A stretch of DNA of 64,000 nucleotides from Acholeplasmataceae bacterium. GTDB taxonomy: Bacteria > Bacillota_I > Bacilli_A > Acholeplasmatales > Acholeplasmataceae. Made by a program: the position numbers and the translations under genes. The DNA is taken from assembly GCA_021108415.1 (NCBI GenBank), contig JAIOQX010000004.1:6189-70188 (forward strand), written 5' to 3'. A model generated the notes under the pieces. The model had not been told where the DNA came from and ran no database searches. It was given only the letters and a program-made list of their open reading frames with translations. This document shows, piece by piece, positions 1 to 9,708 of this stretch (position 1 is the stretch's first letter; every line of letters starts with the position of its first letter).

Positions 1-1
1 A

Positions 2-931
2 ATGAAAGTGAATGAAGCGATTATTGAAAAGGACTTTTGGGTTGTATTAGTACTAGATTACCTATTCAATAAATCAAAATTTAAGAAAGCATTCACATTC
101 AAAGGTGGTACTAGTTTATCAAAAGGATATTCTCTGATTAAAAGATTTTCAGAAGATATTGACCTGATACTAGATTGGACTGTTTTTAGTATTCCTGAAA
201 ATGAACCTTATGAGAATAGAAGTAATACTCAACAAAATAGGTACAATCAAGAGATTAATAAGAAAGCTGCAACATTTATAAAAAACACTCTACTCGATGA
301 AATAAAATCAGGATTAAGTGATTTGCTAGGATTTGATGTGGATATGGAATGCGATAAAGCTGAGGAAAACATAATTGTCTTTAAGTATCCAAGGTTGTAT
401 AATAATTATTCAATCTTGAATACGATAAGACTCGAGTTTGGACCACTAGCAGCGTGGACACCATCAGAGGTTATTAGAGTTAGTCCATACATCGATGATT
501 ATTACCCTAATGTCATGAATCAATCATTTTCAGAAGTGCTTACAGTGAAACCAACAAGAACGGTTTGGGAGAAAGCAACTATACTTCATCATGAGGCATA
601 TCGTCCGAGGTCATCAAAGATTCCCGACCGATATTCAAGGCATTACTATGATTTGTATATGATGTCTAAAGGCAAGCCGTTAGATGGTCTGCTAGAAGAT
701 ATTGATCTCCTTGATAAAGTAGTTGAATTTAAAAAGAAATTCTATCCAAGAGGATGGGCAAGATATGATTTAGCTAAGAAAGGAACATTAAAACTTGTTC
801 CTGATAAGTATCGCATAGATGAGCTTGAAAAAGATTACAAAGCAATGCAGGATATGTTGTTTGGGGTTAAACCCTCATTTAATGAGATAATGGATTCTCT
901 TAGGGAATTGGAAAAGCAAATCAACGGTTGA
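2..931 (+). CDS. AbiEii/AbiGii-family nucleotidyltransferase (type IV toxin-antitoxin toxin); N-terminus probably extends left of the window
   Basis: Motifs IEKDFW, FKGGTSLSK, RFSEDIDL, RT(V)WEK, SRHYYD typical of the family; no RBS visible before base 2. Confidence 0.85.
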   Translation: MKVNEAIIEKDFWVVLVLDYLFNKSKFKKAFTFKGGTSLSKGYSLIKRFSEDIDLILDWTVFSIPENEPYENRSNTQQNRYNQEINKKAATFIKNTLLDEIKSGLSDLLGFDVDMECDKAEENIIVFKYPRLYNNYSILNTIRLEFGPLAAWTPSEVIRVSPYIDDYYPNVMNQSFSEVLTVKPTRTVWEKATILHHEAYRPRSSKIPDRYSRHYYDLYMMSKGKPLDGLLEDIDLLDKVVEFKKKFYPRGWARYDLAKKGTLKLVPDKYRIDELEKDYKAMQDMLFGVKPSFNEIMDSLRELEKQING

Positions 932-943
932 TACATGTATCAA
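928..943. repeat. Perfect 16-bp palindrome TTGATACATGTATCAA overlapping the abiEii stop codon
   Basis: Read directly; equals its own reverse complement. Confidence 0.85.
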
Positions 944-1089
944 ATAGTAGGTGATAATAGACCGGGTTTGGTACGATTTTGACCGAGTCTAAATACAAAT
1001 ATTCAATGCAAGTATGATAAGACAAAAATTTAAAATATGGAGAGTTTGCATAGAATACGAGTTATTGTAGCAAAATAGGTCATACAACC

Positions 1090-1191
1090 CATATTGAAAG
1101 CATAGGTTTGATACTATAAGGTATCGAGCCTTTTTTATATGCACTGCTATGAAAAAGTGGGACACATATTGAATACAATGGTTTGATACTA
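1090..1191 (+). repeat. Imperfect 27-bp direct repeat with 75-bp period (1090-1116 and 1165-1191)
   Basis: catattgaa-agcata-ggtttgatacta vs catattgaa-tacaat-ggtttgatacta, 23/27 identical. Confidence 0.75.
1104..1136 (+). terminator. Intrinsic terminator-like hairpin (11-6-11 inverted repeat)
   Basis: aggtttgatac-tataag-gtatcgagcct with two G-U pairs, followed by a T run. Confidence 0.6.
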
Positions 1192-1288
1192 GTTCGAATA
1201 ATAATTTGCTCTAGCATCAATTATTTTTTTCTATTTAAGGCATTTTCTCCATTTTAGCAAGTCTATACATTATTGATGAAGTCAATGT

Positions 1289-1329
1289 AAAAAAACACTT
1301 TCACATGATGAAACCATGTGAAAGTGTTT
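1289..1329 (-). terminator. Intrinsic terminator of the pilin-LRR gene
   Basis: Perfect 15-bp stem aaacactttcacatg/catgtgaaagtgttt; A run on the left is a U tract on the minus strand. Confidence 0.75.
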
Positions 1330-1370
1330 AAATTAAGATTTCTTTATAAATATTATTCTCTCTCCATTTA

Positions 1371-2315
1371 TCATTGAAGTGTCCAAACACCTGAATTATA
1401 AATGTATGTTCCAGCTAGTTTTTCAACATTGTATAATGCTTGAAAAGAGCCTCCATACCATCCAAATGAATGTGAATTACCAATAATGACATCGCTACCT
1501 ATTGTGATACTAGTGATGTAATTATCACCATAGCCAAAAGCTCCATCACCAACATATAGGACGTTAGAAGGAAGGCTAACAGATGTTAACTGATTGTTTC
1601 CAAAAGCACCACCTTCAATTCTTGTTAAGCCTGAACCAAAGGTGATTGAATTTATTTGGTTGTTATTAAATGCGTTATGCCATATTCTTTCAACACTATT
1701 TGGGATTGTAATTGATGATAATTGATTGTCTTTAAATGCATTCCCTGATATTCTGGTTATCCCTTCTTGTATAACAACTGAAGTGATGCCAAGTGCAGGA
1801 AAAGCAGTAGAGCCTATTTCAGTTATGACTACATCTGATATGGTTTGTGGGATAACTACATTTAATCCCCCACTGATATCATAGCTTGTAATGCGGTAGG
1901 AAAGAGTTGGATCTGTAGTGAAATGTACTTCTGCAGTTGGGGTATAGATGACGTTATCATTTGAAATAATAACCCATTGTTGAACATTAACTTTAAATTC
2001 AAATGAATTCTCACTATTTTTTAGAACAGGTATAACTGAAATAAAATCTGCTTCAAATAAATAAGTTAATCTATCTTCATCGGTATCATAGCCCTCAAAT
2101 ACATCCTCTTGTGAATATAATTGACTTATGCGCAAATTTCTTGTAGCTTCATTTAGGTTTGCAAGATTTGCTAGATCAGCTTTTTGATTTGCTTGATTTA
2201 TAATGCCCCCAATGAGCATAACTGAAATAGTTGTTAAGATGCCTAAGATTACAAGGACGGCAATTAATTCAATTAAGGTCACACCAGCTTTATGTTTACG
2301 TTTTAAATTATACAT
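1371..2315 (-). CDS. Prepilin-type N-terminal (class III signal) protein with C-terminal BspA-type leucine-rich repeats
   Basis: KRKHKAG|VTLIELIAVLVILGIL pilin motif with Glu at +5; repeats such as AFKDNQLSSITIPNSVERI and AFNNNQINSITFGSGLTRI. Confidence 0.85.
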   Translation of the reverse strand: MYNLKRKHKAGVTLIELIAVLVILGILTTISVMLIGGIINQANQKADLANLANLNEATRNLRISQLYSQEDVFEGYDTDEDRLTYLFEADFISVIPVLKNSENSFEFKVNVQQWVIISNDNVIYTPTAEVHFTTDPTLSYRITSYDISGGLNVVIPQTISDVVITEIGSTAFPALGITSVVIQEGITRISGNAFKDNQLSSITIPNSVERIWHNAFNNNQINSITFGSGLTRIEGGAFGNNQLTSVSLPSNVLYVGDGAFGYGDNYITSITIGSDVIIGNSHSFGWYGGSFQALYNVEKLAGTYIYNSGVWTLQ

Positions 2316-2711
2316 TTAAAAGCACATCCTTACTAGAAAATATTGTCTAAATTAAAGTTAATATTATTATAGCATATACAGTAGTAAACACAAATATCGA
2401 AATAAATAGATACCAAACATAAAGTATATTTTGTTAACACTGATAAGAAACAGTATAAAAAGATAAAGACTAAAATATAGGTGTTTGATTTGAATTCACC
2501 TTTTTTCGATTATAAATAAGGATGAATCTTAACACATAGTACATTAAACGGCTTATTTAATAAGAATAACTATCTAACCAATTAATATTTACTAGATTGA
2601 ATAGCAATGTTGTGATAGAATGGTTAGGAAGTGCAAAAAACCTAGTATAATAAAAAAAACGATCATCTAAATGCTTATGATTAATTTTATTTAATGACAG
2701 AGGAGAAGCAA

Positions 2712-3662
2712 ATGAAGAAAAACATAGGAACTATACTTACTGTTTTAACAGTACTCATATTATCTGTATTAGGATTTGTTTTAGGAGGACCTCAACTTAG
2801 CAAACTTCAATCAGACACCCTCAAGATACTCTTGATAATTTGTGTGATTAGTATTGCATATTGCTTTCTAATTGGCGAGATTACAGGAAACAATTCTCAA
2901 GTGGATAAGATATGGTCAATTTTACCAATAGTTTATGCATGGGTTATTGTAGGTAAAAGTGGGTTGAATCCACGTCTGATTGTTATGGCAATACTCATCA
3001 CTTTATGGGGGATTCGATTGACATATAATTTTGCAAAAAAAGGTGCGTATTCGATTAAATTTTGGTCAGGTGAAGAAGATTATAGATGGGTTGTATTAAG
3101 AGAAGATCCAAAATTGAATACGAGATGGAAATGGGCACTTTTCAATTTATTTTTTATTTCTATATATCAAAATGCATTAATACTTGCAATAACTTTACCT
3201 CTACTTGCAGTAATGGAATCAGCAGTGATATTTAGTATATTTGATGGTTTAATCGCAGCATTATTATTAGGATTCATTGTTTTGGAAACCATTGCAGATC
3301 ATCAACAAAATAAATTTCAAACAAAAAAATATGAGTTATTAAAACAAGGAAAAAAATTAGAAGATTTACCTAGCCCCTTTAATAAAGGGTTTACTACAAA
3401 TGGATTATGGAGACGTTCAAGACATCCAAACTATTTTTCTGAACAATCAATTTGGGTTGTTTTATATTTCTTTTGTATAAGTGCTGGAGCAACAAATTAC
3501 ATCTTCTTTAACTGGACATTAGTTGGTTCGATGTTTTTGATATTACTGTTTTTAGGTAGTTCGATGTTTTCAGAAGGCATTTCATTAAAAAAATATCCAG
3601 AATATCAGAGTTATTCTAAGCAAGTTTCTAAATATATTCCACTAAAAATGTATAAAGATTGA
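2712..3662 (+). CDS. DUF1295 family (steroid 5-alpha-reductase-like) membrane protein
   Basis: VDKIWS, EDYRW, ETIADHQQ, GLWRRSRHPNYFSE motifs; RBS aggag before ATG 2712. Confidence 0.85.
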   Translation: MKKNIGTILTVLTVLILSVLGFVLGGPQLSKLQSDTLKILLIICVISIAYCFLIGEITGNNSQVDKIWSILPIVYAWVIVGKSGLNPRLIVMAILITLWGIRLTYNFAKKGAYSIKFWSGEEDYRWVVLREDPKLNTRWKWALFNLFFISIYQNALILAITLPLLAVMESAVIFSIFDGLIAALLLGFIVLETIADHQQNKFQTKKYELLKQGKKLEDLPSPFNKGFTTNGLWRRSRHPNYFSEQSIWVVLYFFCISAGATNYIFFNWTLVGSMFLILLFLGSSMFSEGISLKKYPEYQSYSKQVSKYIPLKMYKD

Positions 3663-3847
3663 TAAAGGGCTACATTATAATTCAAAGAAGAAATTATCAA
3701 GACTGGATTAGTGAAAGTATTATAACAAGTCATATATCTCATTAATAATAAATGATTCCCATTTTAGATGTGGAGTCTTTTTTTATGGTAGAATATAAAT
3801 AAGCGTTTTAGGTATAAAAAATATTTTTTGTATGGAGGGAACAGATC

Positions 3848-5044
3848 TTGACAGAAAAAGTAAAAAAAGACAAATTAATTAAAGCATTACTTATAGTTTC
3901 TATTGTCGTATTATCATTATTGAGCATTTATGTTCTAAAATTATTAGCAGGTCAAGCAATGACCAATATTTCAAATGCATTTAAATCTGTATTTATTCCA
4001 TTTTCAATTGCATTTTTCTTAAGTTTTATAATTAATCCCTTATCTAGACTCATAGAAAAGAAAATTCATTTAAATAGAAATTTAAGTATTATTCTAAGTA
4101 TTTTTTTAGCACTGATCATAATCACAGGTCTATTTGTGATCGTCATTGTTAATTTGTTTACTCAAATGACTTCAATATTTGATAGTTTGATTACTTTGCT
4201 TGATGCAAATTGGATTACTTCAATTATTGATTCGGTTAGTTCTTTTTTAGAATCATATTTAAGTAGTCAAGAATTAACAAATTTAATTAGTGAATTAACC
4301 ACAAATGGCTTATCAATGGATAAAGTATTTGATGTCTTTGGACAACTTTTAAGTTTTGTTTCTAATTTAACATCATCCATTTTTCAAGCTATCATGATTT
4401 TGATTTTGACACCTGTGTTTTCATTTTATTTGATTAAGGAAAAATCATATATTTTTAATGGAATAAAAAATATTTTCCCAAAAAAAATTCAACCTCATTT
4501 AGAAGCGCTTGGATTAAGAACTGAAAGTTCAGTTAAAAATTATTTAAAAGGGCAAGGCATAATGATCGGGCTTATAGCTATTTATTTTATGGTCACTTTA
4601 TCAATCTTGTCATTCTTTGTTCCAAACTTTAGTATTCAAATGGCTATTTTGTTTGGATTACTTATGGGATTATTTAACATCATACCATATTTAGGAGCAT
4701 GGATAGGTTTAGCAATTCCAATAGTCTTTTTATTTACGATGCATTTAGAAGTTTTGCAGACAAATGAAACAAAAATAATCTATATTGTCGCAATTATTAT
4801 TCTTTTGGTTTTACAAATCGTTGAACAAGCAGTAGAAAGTAGTATTGTCTCACCACTTATTCTAGGTAACAAGGTGCAAATCCATCCACTTTTAGTCTTA
4901 TCAAGTTTAATATTTTTTGGTGGTGTATTCGGTTTCGTTGGTGTCTTATTAGCTGTTCCTCTTGCAGCAACTCTTAAATCAAGTTTAGAATATTTTAAAT
5001 CACTAGGGCAAGAAGAAAAAACAAAAACAAAGGTTAAAGCTTAA
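3848..5044 (+). CDS. AI-2E family transporter
   Basis: Multi-TM; FNIIPYLG, SPLILG..VQIHPL, FGFVGVLLAVP; TTG start after ggagg. Confidence 0.9.
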   Translation: MTEKVKKDKLIKALLIVSIVVLSLLSIYVLKLLAGQAMTNISNAFKSVFIPFSIAFFLSFIINPLSRLIEKKIHLNRNLSIILSIFLALIIITGLFVIVIVNLFTQMTSIFDSLITLLDANWITSIIDSVSSFLESYLSSQELTNLISELTTNGLSMDKVFDVFGQLLSFVSNLTSSIFQAIMILILTPVFSFYLIKEKSYIFNGIKNIFPKKIQPHLEALGLRTESSVKNYLKGQGIMIGLIAIYFMVTLSILSFFVPNFSIQMAILFGLLMGLFNIIPYLGAWIGLAIPIVFLFTMHLEVLQTNETKIIYIVAIIILLVLQIVEQAVESSIVSPLILGNKVQIHPLLVLSSLIFFGGVFGFVGVLLAVPLAATLKSSLEYFKSLGQEEKTKTKVKA

Positions 5045-5150
5045 ATTTATTTTTGCCTCAGTTGTATAAATAATATTCTTATGATAAAATATTTAAAATT
5101 AATGAATCTAAATCAATCCCATATAAAAGAGTAAAAGGAAGGTATATGAA

Positions 5151-6026
5151 ATGAATAATTCTTATATGATAGTTACAGACTCTTGTAGTGATTTAACACT
5201 TAAAATGGTTACAGACATGAAAATAGATGTTGTTCCACTTTCAGTTGAAATTGAAGGAGCTTTTTTTAAACATTATCCAGATGAAAGAGAAATGAGTGTT
5301 AAAGGTTTTTATGATCAATTGAGAGATAAGAAAGTTGCTGTTACCTCATTAGTTAATGTTGGAGCATACTTAGAATTTTTCGAAGAAAAACTCCTTCAAG
5401 GTAAAGATATATTGTATATTGCTTTCTCATCTGCCTTATCAGGTTCATATCAATCATCTGTTATTGCGAGTAAGGAACTAAATGAAAAATATCCAGAAAG
5501 AAAGATAATAGTTGTTGATTCACTATCTGCATCTATGGGACAAGCATTGCTTATTTGGTATGCATATTCAAAACAAAAAGAAGGCTTATCTATCGAAGAT
5601 GTAGCACAATGGGTTGAAGCAAATAAATTAAATTTATGTCATCTTTTTACAGTTGATGATTTAGGAACATTAAGACGAGGTGGAAGACTTTCAGGGGCTC
5701 AAGCATTGTTAGGATCTCTTCTTAAAGTTAAACCTGTATTACATGTGACAGATGAAGGTAAATTGGTTCCAATTAAAAAAGCTAGAGGTAGAAAAACATC
5801 ACTTCAAACTATTGTCGATTTGATGAAGGATACTATACAAGATTCTAAGAAACAAACTATTTTTATATCACATGGCGATGATATTGAGGATGCTAAATAT
5901 GTCGGCAAACTTATAGAAGAACAAATTGGTGTCAAACATATAGAATATGGTTTTATTGGGCCTGTTATTGGTGCTCATTCTGGACCGCGAACAATTGCTG
6001 TCTTCTTTATGGGTAAACAAAGATAA
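5151..6026 (+). CDS. DegV family fatty-acid-binding protein
   Basis: IVTDSCSDL, SSALSGSYQS, DSLSASMGQ, L.RGGR, IGAHSGP. Confidence 0.95.
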   Translation: MNNSYMIVTDSCSDLTLKMVTDMKIDVVPLSVEIEGAFFKHYPDEREMSVKGFYDQLRDKKVAVTSLVNVGAYLEFFEEKLLQGKDILYIAFSSALSGSYQSSVIASKELNEKYPERKIIVVDSLSASMGQALLIWYAYSKQKEGLSIEDVAQWVEANKLNLCHLFTVDDLGTLRRGGRLSGAQALLGSLLKVKPVLHVTDEGKLVPIKKARGRKTSLQTIVDLMKDTIQDSKKQTIFISHGDDIEDAKYVGKLIEEQIGVKHIEYGFIGPVIGAHSGPRTIAVFFMGKQR

Positions 6027-6039
6027 ATGAATTTGTAAC

Positions 6040-6068
6040 AAAAAAGTCATAATATCATGACTTTTTTT
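6040..6068 (+). terminator. Intrinsic terminator after degV-like gene
   Basis: aaaaaagtcat-aatatc-atgactttttt. Confidence 0.7.
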
Positions 6069-6108
6069 GTTTGTACACTATGGTATAATGAGTATAGAAT
6101 GATAGTAG

Positions 6109-8139
6109 GTGATTTATTTGATTTTTTTAAGTGAAATAGCTAGTACATTAAATAGCTTACTTGAAAATGTAATATTGCTTTTTGGATTAGGGTTTATATT
6201 TGCTGCCGCATCCATTAAAACAAAAAATAATATTAGGTTTAAACAAGCCTTTTTTGGGGTGGTATTAGGAGGGGTTGTTTATATTATTATGCTTAATCCT
6301 TTTGTTTTAGAAGAAGGACTTATATTCGATACAAGAAGCGTTTTATTAAGTGTCACTGGACTATTTTTTGGTGGTATAACAACCGGAATTGCTGCAGCAG
6401 TAGCTATTACATATAGAATTATAGTTGGTGGAACTGGTGTATATGCAGGTATTTTGACAATTACTTTGTCCGCTATGATTGGACTAAATTGGAAATTTAT
6501 TCGAAGAGCATTACCGAAAATGCCGAAATATGTAGAATTTTATATCATGGGTGTGATCGTTCATATTGTAACATTGTTATCATTTCTAGCAATTCCATGG
6601 CCACAAGCCTTTGAAGTGATAGAAAGTACAGCTTTAATCTATCTATTAGTATTTCCAATCGTTACGATGCTACTTGCTATTGTTGTACACAATGAAAAAA
6701 CTAGATTTCAAGTTAATGAAGCATTAGAAAAACAAAAAGTATTGTTACAGGCAAGTATAGATTCAACTTTTGAAATGGAAATATTTGCAGTTGATTTAGA
6801 ATATAATTATTTATCATATAATATATTTCATAAAGAATCGATTAAGCGATTTTATAATATCGATGTAAAAAATGATATGTGTTTTTTAGATTCAATCACG
6901 AATCAAGGCATTCGAGATAGAATTAGAAAATCAATAGATAAGGCATTTGAAGGTGTATCGGATAAAATTGTGGTAAAAATTGAAGATCAAGAAAACTCGT
7001 ATTTAGAAGAAAGATATGCACCTATATATAATAATGACAAAAAAATTGTTGGAGCAACTGTGTTTATCCAAGATATTACACTTAGAAAGCAATACGAAAA
7101 TGAAATTTTAAAACTTAGTTATTCTGATGCATTAACTGGTCTAAATAACAGAAGAAAACACCAAGAGCAATTGATCACATTAAATGAAGAAAAATACCAT
7201 CCAATTAGTGTTGTGTTTTTTGATATAAACGGTCTTAAAGTCATGAATGATGCATTTGGGCATCAAGCTGGAGATCAGTTAATAAAAACTGTTGCTGATA
7301 AGCTACTTATAGCTTGTAATAGTCATAAAGCTTTTGTATCAAGAATTGGTGGGGATGAATTTATAGTTTTATGTCCAAATACTGATGAAAATGAAGCGAT
7401 TAGATTGTCAAATCAAGCAAAGATTTTAATTGAAAAAGAATATATAAAGCATATGTCAGTTTCAATATCTTTTGGTGTTAGCACGAAACAAATCAATGAT
7501 AATTTTGAAGAGGTTATTAATAGAGCGGAAACAAATTTATATAAAAATAAATTATATGAAAGCAGTTCGCATCGAAATGAATCCATTAGAGCAATCTTAA
7601 ATACATTAAAAGCTAAAGATGAATATTCTGAAGAACATTCAAAAAGAGTTTCTGATATTTGTAAAAAAATGGGGAAAAAAATGGGTATGACTAAACAAGA
7701 CCTTGAATTATTAACCCTGATTAGCCACCTACATGACATCGGAAAAATTGCAATTGATGATAAAATCTTAAACAAACCAGGTAAATTAACTGAGGATGAA
7801 TGGATCATCATGAAACGACATCCTGAAACAGGTTATCGAATTCTTTCATCTTCACCAGACTACATTGAAATTGCTCAAGACATTTTATCTCATCATGAAA
7901 GATATGATGGAAAAGGATATCCACGCGGCCTTAAAGGTGAAGATATTCCAATCAGAGCAAGAATCATAGCGATTGCTGATGCATTTGATGCGATGATATC
8001 AGATAGACCATACAGGAAAAAATTAGATTACGATGTTGCAATCAAAGAACTTATTGATAATAAGGGGACTCAATTTGATCCAAAATTGGTTGATATTTTC
8101 TTAACAATTTTTAACAAAAACGAACAAAATCATGTATAA
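6109..8139 (+). CDS. Membrane-anchored (5TM LytS-like) diguanylate cyclase / HD-GYP phosphodiesterase
   Basis: N-terminal IFDTRSV TM region; DALTGLNNRR, DINGLK.MND..GH..GD, RIGGDEF; HDIGK, HHERYDGKGYP; start may be TTG 6118. Confidence 0.9.
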   Translation: MIYLIFLSEIASTLNSLLENVILLFGLGFIFAAASIKTKNNIRFKQAFFGVVLGGVVYIIMLNPFVLEEGLIFDTRSVLLSVTGLFFGGITTGIAAAVAITYRIIVGGTGVYAGILTITLSAMIGLNWKFIRRALPKMPKYVEFYIMGVIVHIVTLLSFLAIPWPQAFEVIESTALIYLLVFPIVTMLLAIVVHNEKTRFQVNEALEKQKVLLQASIDSTFEMEIFAVDLEYNYLSYNIFHKESIKRFYNIDVKNDMCFLDSITNQGIRDRIRKSIDKAFEGVSDKIVVKIEDQENSYLEERYAPIYNNDKKIVGATVFIQDITLRKQYENEILKLSYSDALTGLNNRRKHQEQLITLNEEKYHPISVVFFDINGLKVMNDAFGHQAGDQLIKTVADKLLIACNSHKAFVSRIGGDEFIVLCPNTDENEAIRLSNQAKILIEKEYIKHMSVSISFGVSTKQINDNFEEVINRAETNLYKNKLYESSSHRNESIRAILNTLKAKDEYSEEHSKRVSDICKKMGKKMGMTKQDLELLTLISHLHDIGKIAIDDKILNKPGKLTEDEWIIMKRHPETGYRILSSSPDYIEIAQDILSHHERYDGKGYPRGLKGEDIPIRARIIAIADAFDAMISDRPYRKKLDYDVAIKELIDNKGTQFDPKLVDIFLTIFNKNEQNHV

Positions 8140-8168
8140 TAGATATAGTAAATATTGGAGGTAACAAG

Positions 8169-9590
8169 ATGCAAAGAAAAACAAAAATAATATGTACAAT
8201 AGGACCAGCAATCGATTCTGAGGAAATGATTGGAAAAATGATAGATGCAGGTATGAATGTAGGAAGATTAAACTTCTCACATGCAGACCATGATGAACAT
8301 CTAGCAAGAATAAATATGATTAGAAAAGTTGCTAAAGAAAAAGCACGTTTTATAGGCGTTATGGCTGATACAAAAGGACCGGAAATTAGAACTGGTAAAT
8401 TTGAAGACGGTAAAGCTAGTTTTAAAACTGGTGATATTGTTGAAGTGTATCGAGAAAATATCTTGGGAAATAATAAAAAATTTCACATTGATTGTGATGA
8501 ATTATATGATGATATGAAACCTGGAAACATCATATTAATAGATGATGGTAAAATTAAACTTACTGTCTTAGATAATAAAGATGGCATCATGAAATGTGAG
8601 ATCATGAATTCAGGAATTATTAAGACAAAAAAAGGTGTTAATGTTCCAAATGTAAAACTCTCAATGCCTTTTGTTTCTCAAAAAGATCATGATGATATCG
8701 TTTTTTCTGCGAATCACAATGTAGATATGTTTGCATTATCATTTGTTAGAAGAAAAGAAGATGTTTTAGAAGTTAGAAAAATTTTAAACAGAATGGGTAA
8801 AGATAACATAGAAATCATAGCTAAAATTGAAAACCAAGAAGGTGTCGATAATCTTGTGGAAATTTTAGAAGTTAGTGATGGTGTTATGGTTGCTAGAGGA
8901 GATTTAGGAGTTGAAGTTTCTACACAACTTGTTCCTTTATACCAAAAGCGAATTATCAAAACCGCTAATGAAATGGGTAAACCAGTTATTACAGCAACAC
9001 ATATGTTAGAATCTATGATGGCTTCACCAAGACCAACAAGAGCTGAAGCATCAGATGTAGCTAACGCTATACTTGATGGATCAGATGCAATCATGCTATC
9101 TGGAGAATCAGCTGCTGGAGAATATCCTATTGAAGCAGTATTGACGATGGATACAATTGCTAAAGCAATTGAAGATAGTATTCCTTATAAAGAAAGATTA
9201 GAACGTTCTATTGCTACAAGTCAACAAACGATTAATGATGCGATAGGTATTGCAGCAAGTCAAACTGCACTCGCTTTACCAAAAGCAGAATTGATTGTTG
9301 CCTTTACTGAATCAGGTGGGACTGCAAAACGTATTTGTAAATTTAGACCTTCAGTTCCTATCATTGCAATCACTGATAGTCTTGAAACATGTAATAGATT
9401 GTCATATTATTGGGGTGTATTTGCAGCTTATAGAGAAAATGTTAAAGATTATTCATTATACGATAGAGTAGCAACTGAAGTTGCTCTTGATTATGGATTT
9501 AAGCCGGGGACCACAATCATTATGACTTCTGGTTGGGCTCAAAAACATGGATCAACTAATACACTTAGAATTATTGAAATACCTGAGTAA
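8169..9590 (+). CDS. pyk: Pyruvate kinase
   Basis: RKTKIICTIGP, RLNFSH, DTKGPEIR, IAKIEN, MVARGDLGVE, MLSGESAAGEYP. Confidence 0.97.
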   Translation: MQRKTKIICTIGPAIDSEEMIGKMIDAGMNVGRLNFSHADHDEHLARINMIRKVAKEKARFIGVMADTKGPEIRTGKFEDGKASFKTGDIVEVYRENILGNNKKFHIDCDELYDDMKPGNIILIDDGKIKLTVLDNKDGIMKCEIMNSGIIKTKKGVNVPNVKLSMPFVSQKDHDDIVFSANHNVDMFALSFVRRKEDVLEVRKILNRMGKDNIEIIAKIENQEGVDNLVEILEVSDGVMVARGDLGVEVSTQLVPLYQKRIIKTANEMGKPVITATHMLESMMASPRPTRAEASDVANAILDGSDAIMLSGESAAGEYPIEAVLTMDTIAKAIEDSIPYKERLERSIATSQQTINDAIGIAASQTALALPKAELIVAFTESGGTAKRICKFRPSVPIIAITDSLETCNRLSYYWGVFAAYRENVKDYSLYDRVATEVALDYGFKPGTTIIMTSGWAQKHGSTNTLRIIEIPE

Positions 9591-9596
9591 AAAATC

Positions 9597-9625
9597 AATA
9601 GCCGCAAAAAGCGGCTATTTCTTTA
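9597..9625 (+). terminator. Intrinsic terminator after pyk
   Basis: aatagccgc-aaaaa-gcggctatt then T-rich tail. Confidence 0.75.
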
Positions 9626-9708
9626 AAAAATATTATTAAAATAACAAATTAATACTAAAAATTATTCAATAATTGTATAATATAGTTAAACACATAAAGG
9701 ATTATCTT

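Noticed and set aside
1141-1175. gaaaaagtgggacac resembling part of a c-di-GMP-I riboswitch
   Set aside because: The GCAAAC and GCAAAGC elements and paired stems are missing, and no gene lies downstream on that strand
2316-2711. 395-bp divergent intergenic region as possible ncRNA
   Set aside because: Very AT-rich, with no stable stem set or recognisable RNA motif; explained by two divergent promoters
3798-3811. AATAAGCGTTTTAG as a fourth cre site before the AI-2E gene
   Set aside because: Only the central core matches; both conserved ends (TG and CA) are missing
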